NCBI RefSeq assembly: GCF_900964775.1
Contig: NC_041813.1
Location: 31,928,960-31,992,959, forward strand
Source of the DNA: Scleropages formosus
Lineage: Eukaryota
Reading direction: 5' to 3'
Length of the DNA: 64,000 bases
How positions within the stretch are numbered: the stretch's first letter is position 1; each line of letters begins with the position of its first letter. The notes beneath the pieces were generated by a model, which was not told where the DNA came from, ran no database searches, and saw only the letters and a program-made list of their open reading frames with translations. This document shows, one piece after another, positions 46,901-58,475 of this stretch. The position numbers and the translations under genes were made by a program.

Positions 46901-47294
46901 ACAGGCGGGGGAGGGACGTTGAGAACAATGTGGGGGAGCCCCGCCCTCGTGGAGGTTAATACGGTGTTTCGGAGGGGTAAAAGTGAGCAGGTACGTGCTC
47001 ATGCAGAGGTTACCGTCAAATGAGAAATAAATGCGAAGATATTCGAAAACAGCTGAAATGAGACCCTCGTTGCAGGAGCAAGCCGTGTACACGTCTGTCA
47101 CGAAGGACCAAGTGATCCGTTATTTGAAGTGGTGCCCAGAGAGGCTTCACAGAGACGAGTCTTGTCTTGTATTCTATGTAAATGTTCGTGTACCTTTTAA
47201 AAATTAAAAAAAAAAAAAAAATGTAAGAAGGTGATCAAAAATCGTCCACGCTGAGTTTTGTGCACCTACTCGTACGATGAACATCGGTGCATGA

Positions 47295-47425
47295 AGTGGA
47301 AAGAAACAAACTAGGTTTACTTAAGAAGCTCATGTCTGCACCCCTTTCTCTTTCTCCTAATGTAATGAACACATTTTATTTTCACCGAGATGTACGTCGC
47401 TTTGGAATAAAGCATCTGATAAATA
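47295..47425 (+). mobile_element. SINE family 2, 3' fragment (...GTCGCTTTGGAATAAAGCATCTGATAAATAAGTACATGTAAATATAAG)
   Basis: Carries the shared tail consensus. Confidence 0.5.
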
Positions 47426-50251
47426 AGTACATGTAAATATAAGTGACACATCCCCTCCTTCCTTTAAAATCTGCAAAATAAAAAGGCTCCTTCCTACAGT
47501 TGAGCATTTCCACTGGGTCGTAACACATTAAGCTTTAAGAAGTGCACTGGGTTCCAGCTCAAGTTTTGCTTCTCAACCTGCTGCAGTTTCACAGAAGTGT
47601 AATAAATGTAAATGTAAAGCGGGCCCAAAGAGCTAAGAGAAGAAAAAGGACGACGAGACGGAATCAAAAACGGGACAAAGGGACACTGAGCAACGTGGCA
47701 GGCGGCAAACAAGTTCAAAGTCAAGAGTTCCTGTAAAATATTTCAGTCTCACTCCCAGAGAAAGGTTCCTCAAACACTTGTCCAAATGGGAAAATTTCCA
47801 ATTAAGTGCTTTAAAAACATTACATCCATACCAATTAATTGCCAGATGTTAAAACTACAGAGCAACTAGCAACAGTAAATAAATGTTCCCCTTCTTCCAA
47901 AGGGCATATACTGAATCTTGTCATTATGCAACATTACAGGTTTTGGTGTGTGTGTGGGGGTGTGTGAGAGCGCGCGCACGCACGCACACACAGACAGTAA
48001 AAAGGCAAAAGCACCAAACAGATCAATTAAGAAAGTGACACTGAAAAGCTCCACTCATTTACTTACCACTTCACTGCATTTTTTTTTTTTAAAGAAATTC
48101 AAGTATTCATTGATAAAACAGAAATAAATCATTGTTTACAATGGCAAGAACAAAAATTCCAAGAACAATAAAAACCAACAGTGCTCATTATCAGAATCTT
48201 AACACAACAATATCAGGAAACTGCTATAGGACAGAGAAGTAAGTGACATGTAGATTTTTTTCCATTCTATGCTTCACTTTATCACATCATTCCCTCATAC
48301 TCTCTCTCATACACACAACATTACTAGAGGAAACAATAATAAACCACTTTCTCCCATCTAACACAACTAATATCAAAGCAGTAGAACCATTAAACTAAAA
48401 GCAGTCACATGTCCCACAAATACAAAATCTAAAAGCTCTACAAAAGGAAACAGTTTAAAAAAAAATGGTCAGAAATAATTAAAATCAAATCACATTCCAT
48501 ACACTGTTTCCCCAGAATCCACCTGTTTCGATCCCTTTCTGAGGAAGGCTGGCTGGCGTCAGGGTTGTGCATCTCTCTCTCTCTCTCTCTCTCACCTTAG
48601 CTGCAGCCCCCTCTGGTGGGCAGTGAAGGTCAGTGCGTGCCTTGGATGTACAACCAATTCATAGTGCCACAATTAAGTGTAGCCCTGCAGGCTTCGGTGC
48701 ATTTAGAGTGGAGATTTCGGACCCGTGACAGTTAAGTTAGTCCGGCAGAGGCATGCGCGCACACACACATGTGTGTAAGCGGTGCCATGTGTGCAAAGGT
48801 GGGCCTGAGCCCTGCAGCAAGCCCTGAAGCCCACCTTAGAAAGGAGGAGGGGGTGGGGGAAAAAAAAAAAAAAAAAATCAGCAGCAATTACAGTACTCCC
48901 AGCTCCCCCCCATCACTCTGAACATGTGAGACAGAGGGGTTCTCAATGGAGAGTTACATTAGGGGAGAAAAGTGTTACAGTACAGAGTAAAACAGTGTCA
49001 AACAGTGCTACAGTACAATAGAGAGCAGTAGCGTGTAAACAAGCCAGTCTTGTGGAGGTCTGTCTTTCAATCCTGTCTTTGAGGTAACGAGAACATTGAC
49101 AGCGGTTTTGCATTGTACACCCTTCAAGGTGCTCCCCCCACGCGCACGCACGCACACACGCACGCACACAGGGCATGACGGACACTTCAGCTCAGTAAAA
49201 CGGGATATAGTGCCACAGGCACACCAGCAGTGCTTCTTCACGGTTTCTTTCGTCGATGTATAGATTTAATTGAACACAAACACCTGGCTGCTATCAAATG
49301 CTAATCAATCATATTTACCAACTACCCAACCAAATGGACTGTCTCAGGAGAAACATACTGTACACAACAGAGAGCATATTTAAAATTAAAATAAAATTAA
49401 AAAAAAAAAAAAAAAAATTAAGAAAGGGTGGAGGTGTCCCAGTTGACAAAGTGTGGTGAAGTGCGACAAAGCTGGTTCCGCAGCGCTGCTTGGACCCCAG
49501 TGGTCCACATGGCCTCTCTGGCAGGAACCCAATCCTCAGTGGCAATGGGGTCACTCTCAGGTTACCTATCCATTTATTCGCTCACTTAGATAAATACAGG
49601 TCTCGGTAAGCCAGAGGTCAGAGAGGGACAGGGGGCTGAGCGTCGGGGCAGCAAAAGCAGGGCCGTGTGTGAACAGAGGTATGACGGTGAACGGCGCGGC
49701 GTTGGGACACGGCAGCACATGAGGAACAGGGAGTCGTGCTCTCAACTCACACTGCAGGGGCTTCAGATCTATATCTAAAACAAAGCATTGGAATTTGTTC
49801 ACGCGCTAACATGGAGCACCTCACCGTTCACAGTCTGTGTGCGTGTCTGTGTTTTCCTGCTCTTCCCTTGTTTGAAAAACACACTCAAGTTTACTGGTTC
49901 CAGCAGCGCTATGGGATGTGTCACTGCAATGTCTCATCGCAGTGCAGTCACTAAAGTTCTCCATCAGGAGGTTTTTTGCATCTCACTCCATTCACATCCG
50001 TTTCCTTGGAACGAACATGACCTCCTGCTGCGAAGGCTGAGACTCCGCCCACCTTCCTCATGTCTGCAGCGATGCTCTTCATCTCTCCTCTTTCCTGGAC
50101 ACTTTGGACGAATGCCAAGCCGTGGACCTGGGGGTCGTGGATAAGACACAGGGGTGAACGGGTACGAACCACAAGAGTCGATGGTCAAGTCAACAGTCGA
50201 CGCGCAACAAGTGGGCCATGTTCTGGAACGTTCTCGCATAAAGCCGCTCAC

Positions 50252-50345
50252 CTGATGAAGGTTTTGAAGGCAGCGCTCTGAGGGTTGATGCACAGTGGCA
50301 CTCGTTTGCCCTGCTGGTGCTCCGTGATGAAGCGGTGGATGAGCT
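50252..50345 (-). CDS. nlk: nlk exon 10 ((E)LIHRFITEHQQGKRVPLCINPQSAAFKTFI(R/S))
   Basis: Acceptor ctctgcag|AG and donor ATCAG|gtgagc. Matches human EIIHQFILEQQKGNRVPLCINPQSAAFKSFI. The terminal exon lies further downstream and is unresolved. Confidence 0.7.
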
Positions 50346-50543
50346 CTGCAGAGGGACATCAAGACAACCTGTTAGGTGGCGCTTCACGATACGTTATGCT
50401 GCGTTGCAGCGAATCTCAGCTTATCCGCAACTGGTTTCTTCTCTCCCTGCCACACAGAAGCCCATCTTAAGCTAAAACAGACACAAGGTGCACGAATCCC
50501 ACAATGCCATGCGGCTCCCAGCAAGACGGCTGGCTACCTTTCC

Positions 50544-50736
50544 CCTGCCACACAGACAGCAGGCTCTGCTCGTAGCTGTGGCTGAAGGGTCGCTCGGCCT
50601 CAGGTTCAAAGTCCCGCGTGTACACCCTGCCACTGGGGACAGAGTAGCAGCACTGGCACATACACGTGTGGTAACGCAGGCGGCCCTCGTCCAGGTACGG
50701 GTGCAAGAGGGCGTCGCTGCCGGAGATGCGTTTGTT
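50544..50736 (-). CDS. nlk: nlk exon 9 (NKRISGSDALLHPYLDEGRLRYHTCMCQCCYSVPSGRVYTRDFEPEAERPFSHSYEQSLLSVWQ(G))
   Basis: ORF 50467..50706 extended. Acceptor ccgcag|AAC and donor CAGG|gtaaag. Matches human SKRISAKDALAHPYLDEGRLRYHTCMCKCCFSTSTGRVYTSDFEP. Confidence 0.8.
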
Positions 50737-50844
50737 CTGCGGGCGGCAGCAAGGCAGTCAGTGCTCAGGGCTCTCAGGGTCCACGCCTCTCAAACCGGAC
50801 AGGGCTGCACTACGGTACCAACGGCCACATCTTGCTTTACTCAC

Positions 50845-50931
50845 AGGGTCGAAAACAAGCATTCGGCACAGCAGGTGAACGGCCTCGTGAGTCGCGCCTT
50901 CCGACAGCATGTACAACACCGACAGCGAAGG
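50845..50931 (-). CDS. nlk: nlk exon 8 (PSLSVLYMLSEGATHEAVHLLCRMLVFDP)
   Basis: ORF 50758..50964. Acceptor ccccccag|CCT and donor CCT|gtgagt. Confidence 0.8.
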
Positions 50932-51155
50932 CTGGGGGGAACACAGGCACTGCTCTTGGCACACACGCCATCATTTCAACACGCACACTTGACTGAGCGC
51001 ACACACGTGTAGCAGCTGTGCTGTAACTGAAGTTCAAGCCCAATTTGGGACTTGAGCCCACAGCTGTCAGGCCACAAGACCTTTCCCTTTACAATACACA
51101 CAAGGGATGGCGTGAGACACAGCACATGTGGGAGGTGTGCAAAAGCGAAGTGTAC

Positions 51156-51257
51156 CGGTTTGTGGGGTCCCCTCAGGATGTGGGCTCTTGCCCCCTCGCA
51201 GGCCGACACCATGGCTGACAGGGGCGGTGTACCCAGCAGGTCTGTGATCAGGTCCAG
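51156..51257 (-). CDS. nlk: nlk exon 7 (LDLITDLLGTPPLSAMVSACEGARAHILRGPHKP)
   Basis: ORF 50976..51617 frame. Acceptor ctcctgcag|CTG and donor CCG|gtacac. Confidence 0.8.
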
Positions 51258-51330
51258 CTGCAGGAGGGAAGCGTCACAGAACCGGTTAGCCAGGTCACCG
51301 GGGTCACCTTCCCGCCAGCTCCGGCTGTCA

Positions 51331-51927
<597 letters not shown>

Positions 51928-52352
51928 TCAGCCCAAGCGCACATCTGAACAGGCGTTCACTTCCCACTGGTTGGTCCAGCTCCTTAAGTGTCACCTAGTA
52001 CACATCTTTACACTTAAGACTGTTGTTTTTTTCTACTTCTATGCTCAAATTATTTACATATGCCAAAGTACAGTCTTAACTGTACTATTAGCAATATCAC
52101 TATTTACTGTTGCTCATTTCCTTACTTTAATGATGTTGTCTTATGTGAAATGCATCTGCATGAGCATCAATCAAGTCCAACTCCCAAAAGTACTTGGCCA
52201 GTAAGCGTTACATTATGCATAGATGTTCGGAAGATGAGCTGAAGGTGACTTCACATGTGCCTATTCCCAGAAACAGTACAAAACGAGCATCCTTCCCACA
52301 AACAAGCACTTTTTACTGCCTGTCTGCTAAGGTCGGAAAACCATTTAGACAC

Positions 52353-52377
52353 GGGGGGGGGGGGGGGGGGGGGGGGG
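52353..52377 (+). repeat. poly(G) homopolymer of about 25 nt (poly-C on the nlk sense strand) in an nlk intron
   Basis: Uninterrupted G run. A second run of about 23 nt lies at 52940-52962. Confidence 0.85.
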
Positions 52378-52414
52378 TGTAATCTTTTTTTGACCTACTT
52401 TAGATTTATTTTTA

Positions 52415-52864
<450 letters not shown>

Positions 52865-52881
52865 TTATCGACGAAGGATAC

Positions 52882-52937
52882 ATCTCTTCGAAGCAGTCGA
52901 TCTGAGGAGGCTGAAGAATGTCCAGAGCCGACAAGAC
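52882..52937 (-). CDS. nlk: nlk exon 3 (VLSALDILQPPQIDCFEE(M/I))
   Basis: ORF 52671..53000. Acceptor cccag|GTC and donor GAT|gtatcc. Confidence 0.75.
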
Positions 52938-53161
52938 CTGGGGGGGGGGGGGGGGGGGGGGGCATGGGTCAGTGTCATACACCTCTCTGACAGCTACCAC
53001 GCCACTTCCGATTGCCGCAGGAAGGCGTTACATGGACTTAAGTGGGAATGCGATCTTTCCCTCTTCATCCTCACACCCCTTTAATGTTACTACACTGTGA
53101 CCATGTTCGGGGCTCCCCACGACCTCGAGCGTGGCTGTTCCACGGCCAAAGAGATACCCAC

Positions 53162-53291
53162 GTTGTCATGCTTGAAGAAGCACAGCATCCGGAGCTCCCT
53201 GAAGACCCTCTTGCAGGACACCAGGTTCTGGAAGACATTGGGCATCTTCTTGAGAGCCACCTTCCTCCCATCGCGGGGGTCTGTCACAGAC
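53162..53291 (-). CDS. nlk: nlk exon 2 ((W)SVTDPRDGRKVALKKMPNVFQNLVSCKRVFRELRMLCFFKHDN)
   Basis: ORF 53090..53452. Carries the VALKK ATP-binding Lys motif. Acceptor ccccag|G and donor AAC|gtgggt. Confidence 0.8.
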
Positions 53292-53313
53292 CTGGGGAGA
53301 GTCACTGTCACGT

Positions 53314-53350
53314 CACTGATGGATGGATGGATGGATGGATGGACGGACGG
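53314..53350. repeat. (GGAT)n / (GGAC)n tetranucleotide repeat
   Basis: gatggatggatggatggatggatggacggacggatgg, in nlk intron 1. Confidence 0.85.
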
Positions 53351-53507
53351 ATGGAGGGTCCGGAGAGACACCCCTCCCCTCCCCTCCCCTCCGGGGCATT
53401 CATCTCCCGGCGGTGCTGCGTCCCACCCACAGCCGCGGAGCCCCTGGCTCACAATAACACTCAGCTGTTTAATTTTTTATGCCCAGCAAAGCACACGCAG
53501 CACTCAC

Positions 53508-53815
53508 CAGACCACTCCGAAGGCCCCGTATCCGATCGGCCGGTCCGGTTCCATCTCCGCGGGGCTCGGCACCTCGCTGGCCGCGTTGCTGTGCGGCTGC
53601 GGAACGGCAGCTCCTCCGCCGGTGCCTCCGCCGAGCGCAGCCGGGTGACGCGGCGTCCCGGCCGGCGCAGCGGGTCCACTCGAGGTCGGGGCGGCGCTGA
53701 GGCCCGCGGGAGCCGCGCCAGTGGGCTCGGCGCAGAAGTACTTGTGGCCCAAGTCGGAGCCCGGGAAGAGACCGCCGCACACCGGCTGCCGCCCGGTACC
53801 GGCGTGATACGCCAT
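53508..53815 (-). CDS. nlk: nlk exon 1 (MAYHAGTGRQPVCGGLFPGSDLGHKYFCAEPTGAAPAGLSAAPTSSGPAAPAGTPRHPAALGGGTGGGAAVPQPHSNAASEVPSPAEMEPDRPIGYGAFGVV(W))
   Basis: ORF 53504..53845, whose first ATG is at 53815. Gly-rich loop GYGAFGVVW. Donor TG|gtgagt. Low-complexity Ala/Pro/Gly N-terminal extension, as in NLK. Confidence 0.75.
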
Positions 53816-54450
53816 TTCGTCCCAGGAGTTAACAACAGACGACACGCATGATACTGAGGCAGCAGCTCACTCTGCAGCTGCAGCAATCGTCATTACTGAC
53901 GACGAATGAAATGCGCCTGTTTCGCCGTAGACGTGTAAAAGTAACCGTGGAGCGGAGGCTCGAGACAATAGCGCTGAGACTGAGGCTGAGGCGCTAACGA
54001 CACAGCAGAGTTAGTCCCTGAGCCGAGGTAGCTAAACACCGGGTTCTCGAATCGTCCCACTATCTCCCACAAGCGCTGTCATTTCCAGCAACACGAAATG
54101 GCTAAAACGGCGTCCTCTGTCCGTATGTTCCCCACAGTCGGCTTGGCACAGCACCGGGCGCCGGCCGGCATCGCTACTAGCGGCGTAGTTGGCGAGCGGC
54201 GCCGGGGCGCAGCGAACAAAGCGCCCCAGGAGGAGCCGCTCGAGCGGCGGAGGGATACGAAGCGCACGCGCAGAGCCCTTAAATGGCGCTTTACGGCACG
54301 GTACCGCTACAACCGGTCAGAGGCAGTCCGGGAAGGGCTCACGCGGGCAGCCCGCGGCGGAGCGAGACGCTCAGCAGAGGAGCCCTTCGCCCGCTCGGGG
54401 TTTCAGTGTAAGAAGGGCGACCTGCGAGAGCAGTGAGGTTGAGGAGGTTT
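53816..54450. promoter_or_regulatory. CpG-island promoter / 5'UTR region of nlk
   Basis: CpG-rich and GC-rich sequence immediately 5' of the nlk ATG on the minus strand. A (GTCT)n/(GT)n/(GA)n compound repeat follows at 54491-54545. Confidence 0.4.
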
Positions 54451-56290
54451 CGAGGACACGGTCATGTTGAGAGGAGCGCGTTTTACTCCGGTGTCTGTCT
54501 GTCTGTCTGTCTGTCTGTGTGTGTGTGTGTGTGAGAGAGAGAGTGAGTGAGTGAGTAAGTAAGAGAGCGACAGGACTCGGAGATGGATGGATGATGACGG
54601 ACGAAAGCCGGGGGGGGTCTCTCTCTGGGAACAATGGAGGATCGCGGCTGAGCGCTGCCTCTTCACACACTTCCCTCCACTCACGTGCAACTGCCCGTGG
54701 CTCCTTACGGTGCGCTCCCTCCCTGGCCTCGAACCAACAACCTGCAGGTGAAGAGCGCCCGTCCGCTGGTCACAGTGTACAGATGCAGCGGGACACCGAG
54801 AGCAGTGGAAATCCAGTTATTATTGGTGCCGGGTGCATATACAGGGATTAATATAATATTACAGGAACACAAACACGGGGCTGCCATTAAACAAGCTTTA
54901 ACACCTACAAGTGAACAGTGAAGGTCTCACACTCACACACACATCCTGACACACGTTCACAATTAATGTCACTTTTCCACTCTTTTAAACTTCTTCAAAG
55001 GAACAAGTGAACACCCAGTGGACAGGAATCGCAGGAGGAGTTCTGACTTTGAACAGTCCCAGTGTGAGTGAACACAGAAGCGTGGGGCCCGCTCTCCTTC
55101 CGGAACGTTCCAGTGGCTCCCCAGGACACACTGGAACCTTTGGGTCAGTAAGGCCTGGAGCGGCCGAAACGCTCCAGTTGCAGAGTCGCGCTCGCTCGCT
55201 CGCTCTCTCTCGCTCTCTCTCTCTCTCATCACACGCAGTTATTCAAACGAAAACTCGTTCCCAGTCGCGGGGTTAAAACCACTTGTTTTTTGCAGTTGGC
55301 ATCAACTGCACCCTTTACAGAAATCAGTTCTTCCCAGTCCCCCCCCCCCCGACCCCAAATTAATTCATTGTACATTATCATGTTGAGGCAGTAAAACTCA
55401 GGCATCCACCCACTTCCCAGAACATAATTAGTGCAAGAATTTAAATAAATCCTGACACTACATTAAAATGTACACATTTTATATATGTATCTATATATAA
55501 ATAAAATCAAAGCAACGACACTGAAATAACCACAGCTCAGTCCCTGCTGTCCAGCGGTTGGCGTTGCTCCCTTTCGGCGAGATGAGGACCAAGCGTATCT
55601 CCGATTACCAAAGTATCGTGAGCCCAGCAACCTTTAGTCCTTTCCGTTCGTGGCTGAAGCGGAAGAGCCGAGAAGACCTACATTACTTACCAAACGTGGG
55701 CAAAAAAGAAAGAAAAAGAGGAAACGCTCTAATGATCCCGCACCCCATGAGTCTCGCACCCGTTTGGAGCATGTGGCCTTTGAAGCCGCGTCGTCCTTCG
55801 CAGTGTCCCGGCGAGCGGCGCTCGTACGCTCGGTCCTCTGCGAGGGTTCGTCGCCCCGGTCCCCTCAGACCCCGGACGCGTCGCTGCTAACCCCCCCTTC
55901 CCTCGCTGCAGTTGGTCAGCACAGCCCACCGAGGGCCGCTGGTGCATCGAACCCTGGTTCTCGCCCTCGCCAATGGAAGGGCCGCCCCGCTGTGCCCAAC
56001 GCGCCATTTTCACCTTCATTTTCCACCTGCGCGGCTCTACAGCGACCGAGTGCACAGCGAGAAACGAAACAGCACGGTAAATAACATCGACTTGCAGTCA
56101 TCATCACAAGCGCTTCCACGCCGGCCAAACTGCCGCTCTGAGCCTTTCCTTTTGGCACTGTCAGGTCCTGCGCGCACACACAGACATGCTCACACACAGT
56201 ACCGACTACCCGATGTCTCCCTCGCTCCCCCGCTGTGCTGCCCACCCCGTGACTCAAACCCTCACGCCGCTTCCCCCACCGCCCCTCCTG

Positions 56291-56625
56291 CTAGCTGTGG
56301 GACTGGGGTGCGATGCCCGAGCAGTCCGAAACGAGCAGTCCGACTGCCCCGGCGCCGCCACCACTGCCACCACCGCCGCATGTGCTGCTGGACACGGAGG
56401 TGGTGGGGCTGGGGCTGGGGCTGGGGCTACCCTGGGGAGCACTGTGTGTGCCCATGTGGCCCTGCAGCTGGGTTGGGGTCTTGCACTGCACGCCGCACAG
56501 CTGGCACAGCAGGACCCCCCCGGCGCCAGTGCCCCCGAAGCCGCCCCTCTGGCCCTCGCTCTCCTTCCACTCCTGGCCGTGGTGCTTCTGGGCGTGAACC
56601 CGCAGGTACGTGAGCGTGGTGAAGG
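56291..56625 (-). CDS. maz: maz exon 7 ((T)FTTLTYLRVHAQKHHGQEWKESEGQRGGFGGTGAGGVLLCQLCGVQCKTPTQLQGHMGTHSAPQGSPSPSPSPTTSVSSSTCGGGGSGGGAGAVGLLVSDCSGIAPQSHS*)
   Basis: ORF 56291..56980. Acceptor cccgcag|CC. Last C2H2 finger CxxC...HxxxH. Matches human GFTTAAYLRIHAVKDHG...CKLCSVHCKTPAQLAGHMQTH. Confidence 0.8.
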
Positions 56626-56718
56626 CTGCGGGGCGACAGCGGGCAGCACGCCGTGAGCGAACAAAAATGCACACGCGTGTGCGTGCGTATTTGGGGAGGG
56701 GCACGAGGGAAGACTCAC

Positions 56719-56890
56719 TGCGGTTGCAGAGGTGGCAGGCGTGATGCTGAGACTGGTTGTGCACCCTCATGTGGTCCGTGATGTACGCAGCTGACAGCAG
56801 CTTCCCACAGATGTGACACGGCACCTTCTCCTCGTGCCGGATCATGTGAGCACGCAGCCGGTCCCGGGTGGCGAACGCCGACTCGCAAGT
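56719..56890 (-). CDS. maz: maz exon 6 (TCESAFATRDRLRAHMIRHEEKVPCHICGKLLSAAYITDHMRVHNQSQHHACHLCNR(S))
   Basis: Same ORF. Acceptor ggtgcag|ACT and donor CGCA|gtgagt. Matches human KCEAAFATKDRLRAHTVRHEEKVPCHVCGKMLSSAYISDHMKVH. Confidence 0.8.
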
Positions 56891-57018
56891 CTGCACCGGG
56901 GCCGTGTTCAAACAGCACAAACTCACACACTTGCTCAGAGATGCTCCAACGGCCACATCCCAGCTTACGGGCATCGCCACTAGTGACCGTTAGCGACACG
57001 CGTTCCCCGCAACCGTAC

Positions 57019-57082
57019 CTCGCACTTGAAGGGCCTCTCGGTCGAGTGCACCTGCCTCACGTGGCTGTTGAGGTGGTCCGGC
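57019..57082 (-). CDS. maz: maz exon 5 ((R)PDHLNSHVRQVHSTERPFKCE)
   Basis: Acceptor gccgcag|G and donor GAG|gtacgg. Identical to human PDHLNSHVRQVHSTERPFKCE. Confidence 0.75.
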
Positions 57083-57165
57083 CTGCGGCACAACACAAAA
57101 GCGCGTTAGAAAGCAACGGTGGAAACGCGGTCCCCTCCCCACGTGCACACTGCGCTCCACCGTAC

Positions 57166-57407
57166 CGTGAAAAGCCCTTGGCGCAGTGGGGGCACACGTA
57201 GGGCTTCTCCACGCCGCCCTGGTGCGAGCGCACGTGGTAGCTCATGCGGTCCTTGCGCTTGAAGCGCTGCTGGCAGATGGGGCACGAGTAGGGCTTCTCA
57301 TCAGAGTGGGAGAGCCGGTGCCGGTTCAGGTGGTACACGTCTCGGAAGGCCTTGCCACAGGCCTCGCACGCGTGGTTCTTGCGCACTGGGTTCGGGTTCG
57401 GCAGGCG
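57166..57407 (-). CDS. maz: maz exon 4 (RLPNPNPVRKNHACEACGKAFRDVYHLNRHRLSHSDEKPYSCPICQQRFKRKDRMSYHVRSHQGGVEKPYVCPHCAKGFS(R))
   Basis: ORF 57057..57425. Acceptor tctcag|CGC and donor TCACG|gtacgg. Near-identical to human NHACEMCGKAFRDVYHLNRHKLSHSDEKPYQCPVCQQRFKRKDRMSYHVRSH. Confidence 0.85.
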
Positions 57408-57554
57408 CTGAGAGACACAAAGCACAGTGACTGATGCTACAGTAAGAGAGGTTGGCTGAGCATCGGCACAGCACTATCGCTACGGTAACTGAGCTCCGGA
57501 GGAAGACCGCGTGCGTGACGCTCACCAGGACTGTGGTCAAGGTGCTAGACAAAC

Positions 57555-57934
57555 CTGTGCCATGGCCCCCGCAACCATGACCGCAGAGGAAAGAGCAGCA
57601 GGGGCAGTCATGGTTACTGTCGCTGTGCCCATGGAGACGGGAACGGACGCGACATCCTGGTTTCCGAGAGCGGGCGGGTGAGGAGCAGGCTCCGTGGCGG
57701 GATGGGGGACCGACAGATGCAGCGGGGAAAGAGGGACCGTTGTCCTGTCCACGGTCACTCCGGTGGCTGCTGCTGCGTCTTTCACACCTTCCTCCCTCTC
57801 CCTCATCGCCCGGTCCTTCATGCGGATCCCAGTGTGGACCGACTGGTGGCGCCGCAGGTTGTAGCTGTTCTTGAACTGCTTGTTGCACAGGGGGCAGATA
57901 TGGGATGCTCGGTTTGGCCGAGACATGGGTTTCA
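57555..57934 (-). CDS. maz: maz exon 3 ((V)KPMSRPNRASHICPLCNKQFKNSYNLRRHQSVHTGIRMKDRAMREREEG...TATVTMTAPAALSSAVMVAGAMAQ)
   Basis: ORF 57537..58277. Acceptor ctctcag|TG and donor CAG|gtttgt. First C2H2 finger YICALCAKEFKNGYNLRRHEAIHTG is conserved. Confidence 0.8.
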
Positions 57935-58018
57935 CTGAGAGTGAGCGAGAGAAACGGGGAGGGGTTACCACACAGTGGGAGACGGGCACACTCCCCTTCC
58001 CTCCCCACTTCTGCTCAC

Positions 58019-58169
58019 CGGGTACAGGCTCCTCATTCAGAGCAGCAGTGTCCACCGTGGATGGGGGAGTGGCTATGTGCTCTGTGGGCGGGGCTTCCAC
58101 AGAGCCCGTGAGGTCTGGGAGGAGATCTGATTGGAGAGTTGCCTCTGCTTGGGTCTGGGTGGGCGGAGT
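58019..58169 (-). CDS. maz: maz exon 2 (TPPTQTQAEATLQSDLLPDLTGSVEAPPTEHIATPPSTVDTAALNEEPVP(G))
   Basis: Acceptor cccccccag|ACT and donor CCCG|gtgagc. STVDTAAL and DLLP.L segments match human MAZ. Confidence 0.7.
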
Positions 58170-58267
58170 CTGGGGGGGGAAAAGAAGGGGACAAACAAAC
58201 GTGTGACGACGAAAGGACGGCGGGCACCTGGCGAGGTGCGCGACAAGTCGTGGGGTCGCGCGGGCGG

Positions 58268-58313
<46 letters not shown>

Positions 58314-58442
58314 TCCTTGTCTCTCCGGCCACTGGGCGGTCGCTCTGCGAGACCACGGTCACACTACTGACCTGTCCCGCCAAGGTGAGGGCCACTTGGC
58401 CTGTGCAACACCAACACCTGCAGCTGCACCTGCACCACTCAC

Positions 58443-58475
58443 CTGAAACAGGAAGTTGCTCCAGGCAGCATCCAT
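58443..58475 (-). CDS. maz: maz exon 1 candidate (MDAAWSNFLFQ), a 33-nt micro first coding exon
   Basis: ATG at 58475 and donor CAG|gtgagtgg, phase 0 into exon 2. The N-terminus differs from human MFPVFPCTLL, so this needs transcript evidence. The seven exons sum to 1377 nt. Confidence 0.45.

Noticed and set aside
53042-53851. 269-aa plus-strand ORF and ORF 53097..53648 opposite nlk exons 1-2
   Set aside because: Antisense of the GC-rich nlk first exon and intron. The kinase motifs (GYGAFGVVW, VALKK) are on the minus strand.
55912-56718. Plus-strand ORFs 55912..56613 (233 aa) and 56186..56656, and minus-strand 56254..56718
   Set aside because: Antisense or shifted frames of maz exon 7 and its GC-rich 3'UTR. 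The true frame is fixed by C2H2 finger homology.
57301-58008. 235-aa minus-strand ORF overlapping maz exons 3-4
   Set aside because: Offset frame of the zinc-finger exons. It reads through introns and disagrees with the MAZ alignment.
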